From: a virus
Taxonomy: Duplodnaviria; Caudoviricetes
Length of the DNA stretch: 64,000 bases
IMG/VR virus record: IMGVR_UViG_3300033273_000282
Location: 32,001 to 96,000 of that record
Direction: 5' to 3' (one strand)
Shown: in pieces, positions 12,001 through 19,190 of the stretch
How the letters are laid out: each line of letters opens with the position of its first letter
Numbering within the stretch: the stretch's first letter is position 1
Made by a program: the position numbers and the translations under genes
The notes under the pieces: model-generated
Database searches by the model: none
What the model was told of the DNA's origin: nothing
Seen by the model: the letters and a program-made list of their open reading frames with translations, nothing else

Positions 12001-14412
12001 GGTGGTTCTGGTACAACTAACCCATATGGTGGTGTTGGCCAAATTGCATTTACTGATGCTAATAATTTCTATGCTAGAGGTTCTTCGGCAAGAGTTGACT
12101 CCGAAGCACAATGGAGTGCTTGGGCAAAAATCTGGACCTCCCAGAATGATTACACTACAGATCCCGTAAATACTGCTGATATTGCTGGTCCTAATGCTTA
12201 TCGCTTGAGAAACAGAACTGGTCTCTGGTATCAGAATGCCAACACGTTTATCTTCGGAGATCTTGGTGATAGAAGACTACCTTCTTACCAGACCGCTAAG
12301 GACTTCAACACTAGATTGAGAGTTCTTGAAGATACTGGTGCTGGTCTAAGATACGATATTTACATTGGTACAGTTACTGCTGCTACTATTACTGCTTTTG
12401 ATAACGCTCCTTTCACCAGCAACCCACCACTAGTCAAACTACTTGACGCTTTTGGTAACGATCCTGGTGAAATTAGAGTTTCTAACATTGAAGTATATAA
12501 TAATGATGGTACTGTTCTTGCTAATAGAACTGCTCCTGGACTTGACTACAGTCAACTATATGCTGTTGTAACTGGTACACTAGAAGTTGGTGGTTCCTTT
12601 GAAACCTCTGGCGGAGATCCAGTAATTGCTCTTGGCGATAATACTGTACAGATCGGTTTTGACGACTACTCAATTTCTTCTTTCGATGGCAATGCTGATG
12701 GTATGCCTGATGGAAACGTAGAAGTTGTACGTCTCGAAAGTGTTGCTGGCGAAGGAAAACTAGTTATTGGTAGAGCAGATGGTGCTCAAGGTAGTGCTAC
12801 CTCACCTGCTATTTGGTTCAGGTCTTCTGATACTATTCCTCAAGATACTACAGGTTACTACACTGTTAGAATGGTTGCCACTGGTGGTGACGCCAACGCA
12901 GGCAGTGGTGCTCTTGATGTTCAAGTAGCAACTCCAAATTCATTTACCGTTGGCAGCAACATTATCTGGAACGAAGGTAACGTAGTATTCAACACTACTA
13001 ATACAGCATCTACTACAGATCAAAATGGTGATATTACTATTAAGTCTGCTGTCTTTAGAGATGAGAATGGAGACTTTGCTGCCAACGTAATTACAGCAGA
13101 CCTTACTGGTACTGCTTCTGGTAACCTAGACATTGACGGTGGCACTTTACAGGGTGATCTGTATATTGGCACAACTGGTTCTCCTAATGATCTATATGTT
13201 AGAGGTAACACTCTAATGGATGGAACAGCAAAGGTAGATGGTGACTTCACTGTTGACTACGATGGCAACCTAATCTTTGCTGATGTATCGGAATCAAAAG
13301 TTGGCATCGGAACAGCATCGTTCCCATCCGATGAACCCACTGCTAAGTTAGTAGTTCAGGGTGCTGCTACATCGTCTACTTCTTTCCTCGTTACAGGTGG
13401 TGGTGCCAATATTGGTTCTGCCCTGAAACTACAACACCAAGGAGCAACAGGTAGTACTGGCACTGATGGTACATGGAATATTGCCTTTGGTGCTAATGAG
13501 TTAGACTTTGGAGTTGGACAAAACAGCGTTGGTGCTGCTGGTGGTATGTACCTCTATCACAAAGATGGTAATACAACTAACGTTCCTTTGATTCTCAAAA
13601 CTCAACATGTTGTTATTCCATTCCGTCTTGGTGTTGGTAACAACAGTCCTGGATTCGGTCTAGATGTATCAGATAATGCTCGTATCGACACCTCTCTCAC
13701 AATTGGTAAGACCAATAACAATAATGGAGCACCAATTTACTTCCTTGGCGCTACTGGTGGATCTTACACTGATGGTTATCTAAGCAACTTCCGTGTTGGC
13801 AATCAAATTAGTGGTGATGACATTTTTGAAATTACTGCTGGTGATCACGGTGATGCCAATAACGAATGGAAGGCAACTCCTGCTCTTGCTATTCAAGGTA
13901 GCAATAATAGAGTTGCTATTAACACAACTGCTTTTGGTGGCACAGATCCTGAAGAAGTTGATGAATTCGACAACCCAATCCAGAGAGTCTATACACTCAA
14001 CATTCAGGGTGATGTTAACTTCAATGGTCAACTATTCAAGGACAACGCTGAGTTTGTTACTTCTCGTTGGACTGAAGCCCCTAACGAAATTGATATTTAC
14101 AGACCTTCTAAGGTTGGTATCAACTTCACAACTGATAAGAACCCAGGTTACGCTCTAGATGTTGAAGGTTCTGTAGATATCAACACATCCACTGTAGGTG
14201 TCGATGGCGACACTACCAACGCTAACGTATTGAGAGCAAATGGAGATCCACAATGGTTGGATACATATGGTGTTATCAAGGCAAACAGAAACAGCATTAC
14301 TGAAAATATCACTATTCCAAATAATATTAATGCCATGTCTGTTGGTCCAATTGAAGTTGGTAGTGGTAACACGATCACTGTTGACGACGGTGGTGTTTGG
14401 ACTATCTTATAA
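3049..14412 (+). CDS. Giant tail fibre / virion adhesin-like protein (3787 aa)
   Basis: Uninterrupted 11.4-kb ORF, Gly/Thr/Ser/Asp-rich. Contains beta-helix-like segments, 'GY...PTV...GGGG.GA.A' modules, a 7-copy internal repeat, 'VGIG' fibre repeats and a conserved-type C-terminus (..GPIEVGSGNTITVDDGGVWTIL). Confidence 0.8.
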   Translation: MSFQLNSDREQLRGVDSTIIGSSSVRIRAGQGTEEREIFQTKVDPSSGLPRVGINRTGRRVDFIKVTASGQNYTDTPTVEISAPTLPGGIQAVASATTDAFGRITSIGIDNQGDGYEFAPTVNITGGGGTGAAAEAALDIIEFELDVNGAIRTSTSIISDTANILNLDIDNLVTPDIKIRAPHLKTFMNGGGEAFPTSPTPVNKNDYFYVLNNVYQALNNGVTGNIPPFHDDGIELNGTVQFKHIGYRIEGNPDVKFYGEGGNAGVFPRSITPLLGDKSDKIATTEYVLNLATNDVGGRIYVSEQIGDDDNDGRSPVNPVRTIKKACQLAWQTPGVKESVIVAGGNYIEDNPISIPPDCSIVGDNLRLVIIRPNNLNKHIFKFGDKNYVIGVTYQDKVNSSGASVGTWDFAMVFDDKQRITYDAEANGDFGINFPVGHQFFGPESFSAQFAFNSGGASLSSGIQIFGVSTGTLGRIGAVTFDITDTNNQNVYLEGSVADLVKESGAGFQSAETFLFGGTGTTFWKGTTDYDLGDVVFATGVDNEGGLIANVYTVVQEGTSGITQPDHTSGQLSNGTVIFEYTRAAYSVNFSEINSTRAEGEVVFVNEDQESILPIIRVDFSQQGTFTDGFQSDLYGNAEDLGGVIFYTNPLEGANNIHDFKEGDEIEITGMPVTGSYDLTFLNGKQRIYKVLEDADGRARRFVIPKKIPTSFNLELENNWNPDDYGAVVSVKYASKSVTLSLLNSPNKFPLATPVARRYQDACLQIRNNRDFIADEVVGRINDQFKKEYFSVYDIDATDPAAVVFKVFAGTSTFVHTYVSGGTVTVTATGNTYNISNFEYDNTTGVATITTSSNPGLVEDDTVQLADILVSCVISGEVVEKTYPSWNIPVSDEKCKRDVRHFLNALTQDLEFGSNYNIIKAAQRYFDAGQIEYVDYEIIQTVRAIEYARELAIYAMRKWRTGDGSPGQTVYVPSYASQNDQYIDQTIIDDPATPACANVYNAIQTLSYLYVDVIANNASGTYLDAAYLISRNKDHIADEAYLRTKQQYPSLALNNIDERKCRRDINYIITGVLRDLVLGGNTGAVSYAELYYTGTGLTGIPASELGATRFAFQKVRDLSIQAMRNWTTSAGNPVSPLFTLIPQFTDNTILVDANGTPTFQGTPTDATYDPATGDFVMTFAAPHGVTTNESIRIEIESFVFKCAMDNYRSEHYLPESDQTAATQLIPVDSVTANTITINVGASGSDVTFTPTDATYDPSTGNFTMEIGAHTLSLGEGIVLDDNSFTFRCAMDGYDSQKTYPRPGIDPFAGRSMKITGSTETSITVNVGASGPNKTFQPSDATYNPATGDMVVTVGQHGLGVGRSVVLSDNSFTFTCDMDNNATEKSYPRPGIDPFAGKSIAITSVGVTTHSPSNASYDPAAGTLQFTLVGHGFSNGDYIKIDDNAITFTCDLDGNASQHTYPRSYEYASGRWFAVQVIDADTLQITGLPIPRDQSTHTYVSFAPNSLSRQDGTFTINVGTSDADVEFTPTNATYDPSNGDLELTIGSHSLVAGEGIVIADNSLSFSCDMDNRDSTKTYPRPGIDPYAGRSIPITSVTANTITVNAGVSGPNKYFTPTAATYSPVTGDMTVTVGQHGLGVGRSVVLEDNSFTFTCLTDPSDPKTYPRPGQDPFAGKSIPITAVGSTSHDVTDAPYNPSTGIITLTVANHGFSNGDYIKVADGSLTYTCDLDGNTVQKSYPRAGYDYPSGRWLQINGVTTNTFQINVGPSSYTGTHTYVGGTASNAIERQDGTFTIFVGTSSDTSTHTFVSATTNAIKHEPQSTHYFEGATANSVKHLPQSTHTFVRATSNAIKHEPQSTHQFVSATTGAVKHLPQSAHDFQRVIGTNVVAAYPSGGSPVCADVEASLTTSFALIDGILEFAADPDSPTAIQPGTTTKTTGTLFTGDSIISYPTNVLRDANNNYVTIRGIYDDLPIISASPYTQNSSIISKLGGSGALIDGSKVKSPNCPFPGLSDGKATFPNQGKSMVASAFTIVSEQNGIGYKVIEDGYTQLVSVFCIFTVDGILCESGGYASVTNSASNFGTYALRSVGIRREPYEFDAGYSDSQGYQRAFIDVVSESITGFTEFTIDNLGRIPLEHYVVRVDGYESADLDDEYFIDKVEVLREGPPFRARVTLTDGSGAGTIQLRNKSTGLTVSPASLSQLNVALHRPSICNSSSHTWEFVGSGVDYNALPENGGIKVDANEQVSENYGRTYVSGTDELGDFKVGTFAKIENRTGNITFTGTVSISEVEFLKLRGGDVVVTGFDNSNTLGGTLSSDSKLPTQKAVRDYIINNLGQYLNKNYSTNPVPRALVELTDSGLISESQLPASSPIEVYTVEDQAARLALEGIRAGDIAIQDGEAYILNTDSESLFAGIAVDSSLQFTANAIFTGSNTGGKIQLTEYRQGVVKRITIPDGGGGSGYSTSNPPTVVITDTGTTLGHVPATAEAVVAGGEIVAINITESNGYFGGQGYSDVPTISFTNTGGGSGASANAEIESRLYGNIVNAIKINATDTIESSDVPSETVNIIRTVNTSGSNNANWVSLSTSSVPADRITDGPIPTGILANNSTEANSNTALFGDQSYKKVVKSVRGSEERYFITTADASGSDYLVFLSTSQNNTGLLLIGHQVTGVTGIQPGTTITQIADITVGTDTFKRVTLSDGLTNAIPTGSIVEFIRPPSPILLESTSRTSGFIESVQIENGGQDFAQDEGGTFNYNNVEVLGGVGTIIQRMQLNFRIESGVVTNVTVAQGGEGYEADFTITDIPTEIGTEGSGLILRAKVNTTDKQEGDIGIDVARVTSDTLSDEDFGTVGVARFKKSQFDVGDNGSVALFTGIDSGLDADLLDGNQSTYYRNADNINAGRLKPAYLSGEYNISITQQSGSTAKLTAKTGSLTSDLPPNDIIDGITADVRRNDANQLFDPATKEVDGVIVSTATDYNTVLSFRGGGSGTTNPYGGVGQIAFTDANNFYARGSSARVDSEAQWSAWAKIWTSQNDYTTDPVNTADIAGPNAYRLRNRTGLWYQNANTFIFGDLGDRRLPSYQTAKDFNTRLRVLEDTGAGLRYDIYIGTVTAATITAFDNAPFTSNPPLVKLLDAFGNDPGEIRVSNIEVYNNDGTVLANRTAPGLDYSQLYAVVTGTLEVGGSFETSGGDPVIALGDNTVQIGFDDYSISSFDGNADGMPDGNVEVVRLESVAGEGKLVIGRADGAQGSATSPAIWFRSSDTIPQDTTGYYTVRMVATGGDANAGSGALDVQVATPNSFTVGSNIIWNEGNVVFNTTNTASTTDQNGDITIKSAVFRDENGDFAANVITADLTGTASGNLDIDGGTLQGDLYIGTTGSPNDLYVRGNTLMDGTAKVDGDFTVDYDGNLIFADVSESKVGIGTASFPSDEPTAKLVVQGAATSSTSFLVTGGGANIGSALKLQHQGATGSTGTDGTWNIAFGANELDFGVGQNSVGAAGGMYLYHKDGNTTNVPLILKTQHVVIPFRLGVGNNSPGFGLDVSDNARIDTSLTIGKTNNNNGAPIYFLGATGGSYTDGYLSNFRVGNQISGDDIFEITAGDHGDANNEWKATPALAIQGSNNRVAINTTAFGGTDPEEVDEFDNPIQRVYTLNIQGDVNFNGQLFKDNAEFVTSRWTEAPNEIDIYRPSKVGINFTTDKNPGYALDVEGSVDINTSTVGVDGDTTNANVLRANGDPQWLDTYGVIKANRNSITENITIPNNINAMSVGPIEVGSGNTITVDDGGVWTIL
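6532..8400 (+). repeat. Seven ~75-90-aa coding repeats (TP.DATY.P.TG...HG......D.SFTF.C.MD....K.YPR) in a 1+(ABC)x2 arrangement
   Basis: Units start at about 6532, 6793, 7054, 7276, 7627, 7888 and 8107. A-A and B-B spacing is 834 nt. Confidence 0.9.
8452..8700 (+). repeat. Five tandem 18-aa (54-nt) coding repeats, STH.F..AT.N(A/S)(I/V)KH(E/L)PQ
   Basis: STHTFVSATTNAIKHEPQ / STHYFEGATANSVKHLPQ / STHTFVRATSNAIKHEPQ / STHQFVSATTGAVKHLPQ / SAHDFQRVIG (last copy partial). Confidence 0.9.
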
Positions 14413-14428
14413 ATAGTTGATATAAATA
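14408..14428 (+). promoter_or_regulatory. Tandem perfect T4 late promoters (TATAAATA x2)
   Basis: TATAAATA at 14408-14415 and 14421-14428, upstream of the ATG at 14453. Confidence 0.8.
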
Positions 14429-14452
14429 GATCCGAAGGACAACCTATAACTC

Positions 14453-15361
14453 ATGGCTAGTATTTTAGAAGTAAGTGAGATTAGAGCTGCTGGGGGATCC
14501 ACAGCTCTGTCGCTTAATGCTGATGGCACAGTCAACATGCCACAGGGTATGACGATTGGAGGCACCGATCCTTTTAGTCAACTCGGCATTGAAAGAGGTA
14601 ATCGTGCTGCTCGATCCACCAACGCTGGAGAAGCTGTTAGGTATAATGATGAAGATCATCAACTAGAGCATTACTATGAAAATCCAGCAGGATCTCCTTC
14701 GACAGCTTTGTGGGTTCCTGTTGGCGGCAGAAAATTGGTTGCCTGGGTTGAAAGATCTGATTCTTTCGGCAGTGTTGATATTGTTTGGGGTCCTGGTACA
14801 ACTGCCAACCCACCACAATTCTATCACTCGTATGAAATTGTAATGAACTTCTATGAGCAAGGTGGTGGTAATGGTGAGTATTACTGTCGCTTTATTAAAG
14901 CAGATGGTAGTGTAGATACATCCACTAACTATTTCCACATGGGTTCTGGTTGGCACGCTAATGATGGTCGTCCTAGAGATGCTTCAGGAACTGGTGGTAG
15001 AAGCTACTTCCAGATTACTACATTGAATAATAGTTATGAACTACAGTCAAACGGCGAAGCTTCTTGGTCTACTCATTTGTGGGTAGGAAATACACCAAAT
15101 AGTTCTACAGCTAACTATTGGTCATTCTTCTATCATGGTGGAGGTGCTACAGAACAAAATGGTGGAGCATACTATGGAGGTGGTACTTGGAGAGGTGCTT
15201 CCCAATATAACGGCACTGGATATCCTTTGAGTGGAATTAGAGTTTATAACAACCAAAACATGAGAGGTGTTTCTAATGGTTGTAACTTTGCTTGTGCTGT
15301 TTATGCTACTCAACCATCTATTAGGGACTACCCTGCTGCTGGTCCATACATGAATGTTTGA
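14453..15361 (+). CDS. Tail-fibre-associated structural protein
   Basis: 302 aa. The N-terminus (MASILEVSEIRAAGG..) and 'AVRYNDEDHQLEHY' resemble virion fibre motifs. Aromatic/Gly-rich C-terminal domain. Confidence 0.6.
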   Translation: MASILEVSEIRAAGGSTALSLNADGTVNMPQGMTIGGTDPFSQLGIERGNRAARSTNAGEAVRYNDEDHQLEHYYENPAGSPSTALWVPVGGRKLVAWVERSDSFGSVDIVWGPGTTANPPQFYHSYEIVMNFYEQGGGNGEYYCRFIKADGSVDTSTNYFHMGSGWHANDGRPRDASGTGGRSYFQITTLNNSYELQSNGEASWSTHLWVGNTPNSSTANYWSFFYHGGGATEQNGGAYYGGGTWRGASQYNGTGYPLSGIRVYNNQNMRGVSNGCNFACAVYATQPSIRDYPAAGPYMNV

Positions 15362-15390
15362 TTGTTCTTCTACTACCACAATTTAAAGAA

Positions 15391-15747
15391 ATGAAAAAAC
15401 TAAGAGAAATTACTAGAGAAGAAAAAATTAATTTTTATTGGAATCTAGGAGAAAGACCAGAAAATTATACCCACGTACATGGTGATGGTACATCAAGACC
15501 ATACACTCGGGAAGAATGGGAGGACATGATTTGGGAGCACAGAAGACATCCAGATCTATACAACAAAGATCTTTCATACATTGGTAAGCGTAGAGAGAAA
15601 TATCCCGATGAAACAGAGCAAATTGATGCTATCTGGAAAATTCTCAAGCACCTAAGAGACAATGGTACTGACCTTGGTCCAGAGGGAGCGGTGCTTGACG
15701 AAATCTTAAGTGTAAAAACATCTATTAGAAAACCCTCTGGTCTGTGA
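15391..15747 (+). CDS. Putative tail fibre assembly chaperone-like protein
   Basis: Contains 'Y..KRREKYPD..EQIDAIWK', resembling the R...YP...EQ.D.(L/I) motif of small fibre chaperones. Follows the fibre genes. ATG 15391 is preferred over 15358. Confidence 0.5.
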   Translation: MKKLREITREEKINFYWNLGERPENYTHVHGDGTSRPYTREEWEDMIWEHRRHPDLYNKDLSYIGKRREKYPDETEQIDAIWKILKHLRDNGTDLGPEGAVLDEILSVKTSIRKPSGL

Positions 15748-15753
15748 TATAAT
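15725..15753 (+). promoter_or_regulatory. sigma70-like early promoter with extended -10
   Basis: TTAGAA-N17-TATAAT, with TG one base upstream of the -10, 20 nt before the ATG at 15773. Confidence 0.55.
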
Positions 15754-15772
15754 TAATTGAATTTCTTTTTAT

Positions 15773-16354
15773 ATGGATTTATTTGTTACTAAAGTATCTG
15801 ACTTTATCATTAAAGACATTGATACGATCCGATATGATATTATTAACTATATCCTAGAGGAAGAATCTAGTGCTCCTGTACGTGGTTCATATTCTATGAG
15901 AGGAGACACTGGATACCACTCCAGTGATACTTTGTGTGATCTAAAAACAGATTGGTCAAAAGATCTGAAGCTTCTTCTACATAGAATGCTTGAAGAACAT
16001 GCTGTTTCACAAGACAGAGCAATCCCACCCCCAGAACTTTCTAGGATTAATTGTTGGGGTATGGTGATGAGGAAAGGAGATCATTCTGTTTTCCACAACC
16101 ATCCATCTTGTATGTATAGCGGAGTGCTGTACTTAGATGTTCCTGAAGGTTTAGAAAAAGAAGGGCAACTTGTTTTTGTGGATCCAAGAACTCAAACCAG
16201 AGTTGGTAAGTATTACGATCACACGGTGTATCATAAAATTACTCCTAAGATTGGTCATGCCTATGTTTTCCCAAATTGGTTGGATCATTATGTAGAACCA
16301 CATTTTTGTGAAGGTGATCGAATCTCTATTTCGTTTAACCTTGCCGAGTTTTGA
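15773..16354 (+). CDS. Putative 2OG-Fe(II) oxygenase (TIGR02466-like)
   Basis: HNHP..YSGVLYL, FVDPR, FPNWLDHYVEP and RISISFN match the HxH...H...RxS jelly-roll motifs. Confidence 0.85.
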   Translation: MDLFVTKVSDFIIKDIDTIRYDIINYILEEESSAPVRGSYSMRGDTGYHSSDTLCDLKTDWSKDLKLLLHRMLEEHAVSQDRAIPPPELSRINCWGMVMRKGDHSVFHNHPSCMYSGVLYLDVPEGLEKEGQLVFVDPRTQTRVGKYYDHTVYHKITPKIGHAYVFPNWLDHYVEPHFCEGDRISISFNLAEF

Positions 16355-16389
16355 TAAATATTTAAACACACCATTACTACGTGATAACA

Positions 16390-16578
16390 ATGGACACAGC
16401 AGAACTTAGAAAAAACTTTGACGATCAACTTGCTAACACTGATAAGCAAATTGCTGAACTAGAAGCAAACCTCGCCAAAGCAAAAGAATATAGACTAAAG
16501 TTGGTTGGTGGTCTAGAAACCCTAGATCTACTCAATCCCAAAGAAGAAACACCTGCTGAAGAACCAGCAGCAGAATGA
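16390..16578 (+). CDS. Small coiled-coil hypothetical protein
   Basis: MDTAELRKNFDDQLANTDKQIAELEANL.., preceded by ATAAATA. Confidence 0.7.
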   Translation: MDTAELRKNFDDQLANTDKQIAELEANLAKAKEYRLKLVGGLETLDLLNPKEETPAEEPAAE

Positions 16579-17273
16579 TAAACGCTAAAGATTTTGACAT
16601 CGACCCCTCATCTTGGGAGGTCGATGTTCTTCATATTGGACAGTCTCAAAATAGATTGGTGAAGATTAGAAACTTTTTCTCTAACCCTGATAAGGTTAGA
16701 GAAATTGGTATGCAAGCAGAACTGAAGAGCACTATCATGGGAGAAGTCTCTGCCATTCCTGGATACACAGGTAGGATAGGTGGAGTTGACATGAAGTTCT
16801 TTACTAATTTCAGAACTCCAATACTAGAAAGAATGGCTGCTCCCATGACCATTCTACACAATCCTAAACTAAGCATCTTTACAATACAAAGATATAAACC
16901 AGGGACTGAGTGTAGAGTTATGAGCATGTATCCACATGTAGATTGGATGCACTATGCTTGTGTGCTATCATTGAACACAGAAGAAGAATTAGCAGGCACT
17001 GATAGTGGCACAGGGTTCTGTAGACAGATTGAAACTGGTATGGAACACACTTGTTCCGACATCAATTATCGCCACCTTAGAGCAAGGAACCTGGATGAAT
17101 CTATGACTACTCTAGACCCTTCTACATTTGATAGAAAGGGTTGGGAGTTGTACCACATAGAACCACATGAATATAATACTCTGGTAATATACGAGGGTAA
17201 TGTCTGGCACATACCATATTTCAATACCAACTGGAAATGTGATCGATTAACCTTTAATGGATTTTTGAAATGA
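16575..17273 (+). CDS. DUF6445-like / 2OG-Fe(II) oxygenase-like protein
   Basis: 'NFFSNPDKVRE', 'YPHVD', 'SGTGF', 'YEGNVWH' and 'RLTFNGF' match an HxD...H...R pattern. Confidence 0.6.
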   Translation: MINAKDFDIDPSSWEVDVLHIGQSQNRLVKIRNFFSNPDKVREIGMQAELKSTIMGEVSAIPGYTGRIGGVDMKFFTNFRTPILERMAAPMTILHNPKLSIFTIQRYKPGTECRVMSMYPHVDWMHYACVLSLNTEEELAGTDSGTGFCRQIETGMEHTCSDINYRHLRARNLDESMTTLDPSTFDRKGWELYHIEPHEYNTLVIYEGNVWHIPYFNTNWKCDRLTFNGFLK

Positions 17274-17812
17274 CCTTTGATGCTATTTGGTATAAAACTA
17301 CTTTACCTAAAACTGTTATCAATTCTTTTTTAGAAGAATCTAAATTGTATGATACAGAACAAGCATCTTTGAGAGAAGATGTTATAAATTTAGAAACTAG
17401 AGATAGTAAAATTGCTTGGTTATCCAGTAATCATTGGATTGCTGGATTTTGTTATCATTATGTTTTACAAGCAAACGAAGGTAATTTTGGGTATGATATA
17501 AAACCTTTTGGAGATAAGTTTTTACAGTATACAACTTACTCGGAGGGTGAGTATTATGATTGGCATGTAGATACTATTAGAAACCAAGACTCAATAAGAA
17601 AATTATCTTTCACTCTACAGTTATCAGATCCAGAAGATTATTCTGGTGGTGAGTTACAATTTATTGATGAAGGAGATCAAATGTTTTTTGCTCCGAAAGA
17701 ACGAGGTACTATTATTGTCTTTGACAGTAGGGTAAAACACCGTGTGAAGAAAGTTAGATCTGGTTGTAGAAAATCTTTGGTTGGTTGGGTAGAAGGTCCG
17801 AGATGGAAGTAA
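17270..17812 (+). CDS. 2OG-Fe(II) oxygenase (prolyl-4-hydroxylase/PKHD-type)
   Basis: YDWHVD...RKLSFTLQLSDPEDYSGGELQF...FDSRVKHRVKKV.SG.RKSLVGW. Confidence 0.9.
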   Translation: MTFDAIWYKTTLPKTVINSFLEESKLYDTEQASLREDVINLETRDSKIAWLSSNHWIAGFCYHYVLQANEGNFGYDIKPFGDKFLQYTTYSEGEYYDWHVDTIRNQDSIRKLSFTLQLSDPEDYSGGELQFIDEGDQMFFAPKERGTIIVFDSRVKHRVKKVRSGCRKSLVGWVEGPRWK

Positions 17813-18330
17813 GAAAAGATTGGTTAGTCTTAGAGTGTCAAGGTCTTCTGGATGTCTCTAGTTTTATAGAATCTCCTCCAATAAAACTAGAAAGAGAAAC
17901 ATGTGATATCATTCAAGGAAAAACTTCTTCTAGATACAACCACCCAGCATTTAAAGAATTACACTACGATTGTAAGAACAAACTAGAGTATCTACTACAG
18001 GAAAAATTATATCCTACTTACTACTTCGATAGATTTTATTTCAATGGTAGTAGAATGGATAGACATGTAGATAGAGAATCTTGTGAGATTAGTGTGTCTG
18101 TAAATATAAGTTCTAACTTAGATCATGATTGGGGTCTTTGGTTTGAACTAGAGGATTCGTTTGAGTGTTTTACTTCTCCTGGAGATGCTATAATTTACCG
18201 AGGAATAGAGGTCCCTCACTGGAGAAAGAAAATGGTTGGAAACAAGAAATCGTATTTCCACCAGTTGTTCTTACACTACGTTAGAGCAGATGGACACTAC
18301 CTAGAATACGCCTATGACAGAAGATCCTAA
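17803..18330 (+). CDS. Putative 2OG-Fe(II) oxygenase
   Basis: 'MDRHVDRESCEISVS', 'PGDAIIYRG..VPHWR' and 'QLFLHYV'. Confidence 0.8.
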   Translation: MEVRKDWLVLECQGLLDVSSFIESPPIKLERETCDIIQGKTSSRYNHPAFKELHYDCKNKLEYLLQEKLYPTYYFDRFYFNGSRMDRHVDRESCEISVSVNISSNLDHDWGLWFELEDSFECFTSPGDAIIYRGIEVPHWRKKMVGNKKSYFHQLFLHYVRADGHYLEYAYDRRS

Positions 18331-18358
18331 ATAGTATTAGGGACTTTGTGTAAGATAC

Positions 18359-19189
18359 ATGGCATCGCCAAGCACTAGGCAGGAACTAATTGATTACTGT
18401 AAACGTCAGTTGGGTGCTCCTGTATTACAAATTAACATTGCTGATGAGCAAACTAGTGACATCATCGATGATGCCATTCAGTTCTATCACGAACATCATT
18501 TTGATGGACTTGAGAAAATGTATCTCAAGCACAATATCACTGATCTAGACATCACTAGATTTACCACACAAAATGAGGTCACTCAGACTGTAGACCCAGA
18601 TGCTACTGGTTGGGAGCACAGAAAGAACTTCCTAGAGATCCCAGAGCATGTGATGGGCATCAGTAAAGTATTTGGTGTATCATCCAATTTCGTTCGTAAT
18701 GAACTGTTTGGTATGACAAACCAGTTCTTCCTGATGGACATGTTCTCCTTCTCGAATGGATTCAAGATGGGGAACTTTGACTTGACCAACTTCTATATGG
18801 TCAAGCAGTATTTTGAAACTCTGGATCAAGTTATCAATACTGGTTCTTTTGTACAGTATAGATTCACCAAAAGGCAGGACAGACTGTACATTGACATTGA
18901 TACCAGCAGACTAGTAGAAGGTAACTGGATTCTAATCGATTGCTGGGGTGCTGTAGATCCAGAAACATACACCCAAGTATATAATGATTCATTTGTAAAG
19001 AGGTATGCTACTGCTCTAATGAAGAGGCAGTGGGGAGCAAACCTCATCAAATTTAATAATGTACAACTTCCTGGTGGCATCACTCTCAATGGTCGTCAGA
19101 TCTGGGAGGATGGAAACAGAGAAGTTCAGCAACTTGAGTCAGAAATGCTGACCAAGTATTCCCTTCCACCTATGGATATGATCGGATAA
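18359..19189 (+). CDS. g13: Neck protein gp13
   Basis: 'ELIDYCKRQLGAPVLQINI..EQ..D.IDDAIQFY.E.HFDG' and C-terminal 'QWG.NL.KF....LPGG.TLNG'. CTAAATA late promoter at 18327. Confidence 0.95.
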   Translation: MASPSTRQELIDYCKRQLGAPVLQINIADEQTSDIIDDAIQFYHEHHFDGLEKMYLKHNITDLDITRFTTQNEVTQTVDPDATGWEHRKNFLEIPEHVMGISKVFGVSSNFVRNELFGMTNQFFLMDMFSFSNGFKMGNFDLTNFYMVKQYFETLDQVINTGSFVQYRFTKRQDRLYIDIDTSRLVEGNWILIDCWGAVDPETYTQVYNDSFVKRYATALMKRQWGANLIKFNNVQLPGGITLNGRQIWEDGNREVQQLESEMLTKYSLPPMDMIG

Positions 19190-19190
19190 G

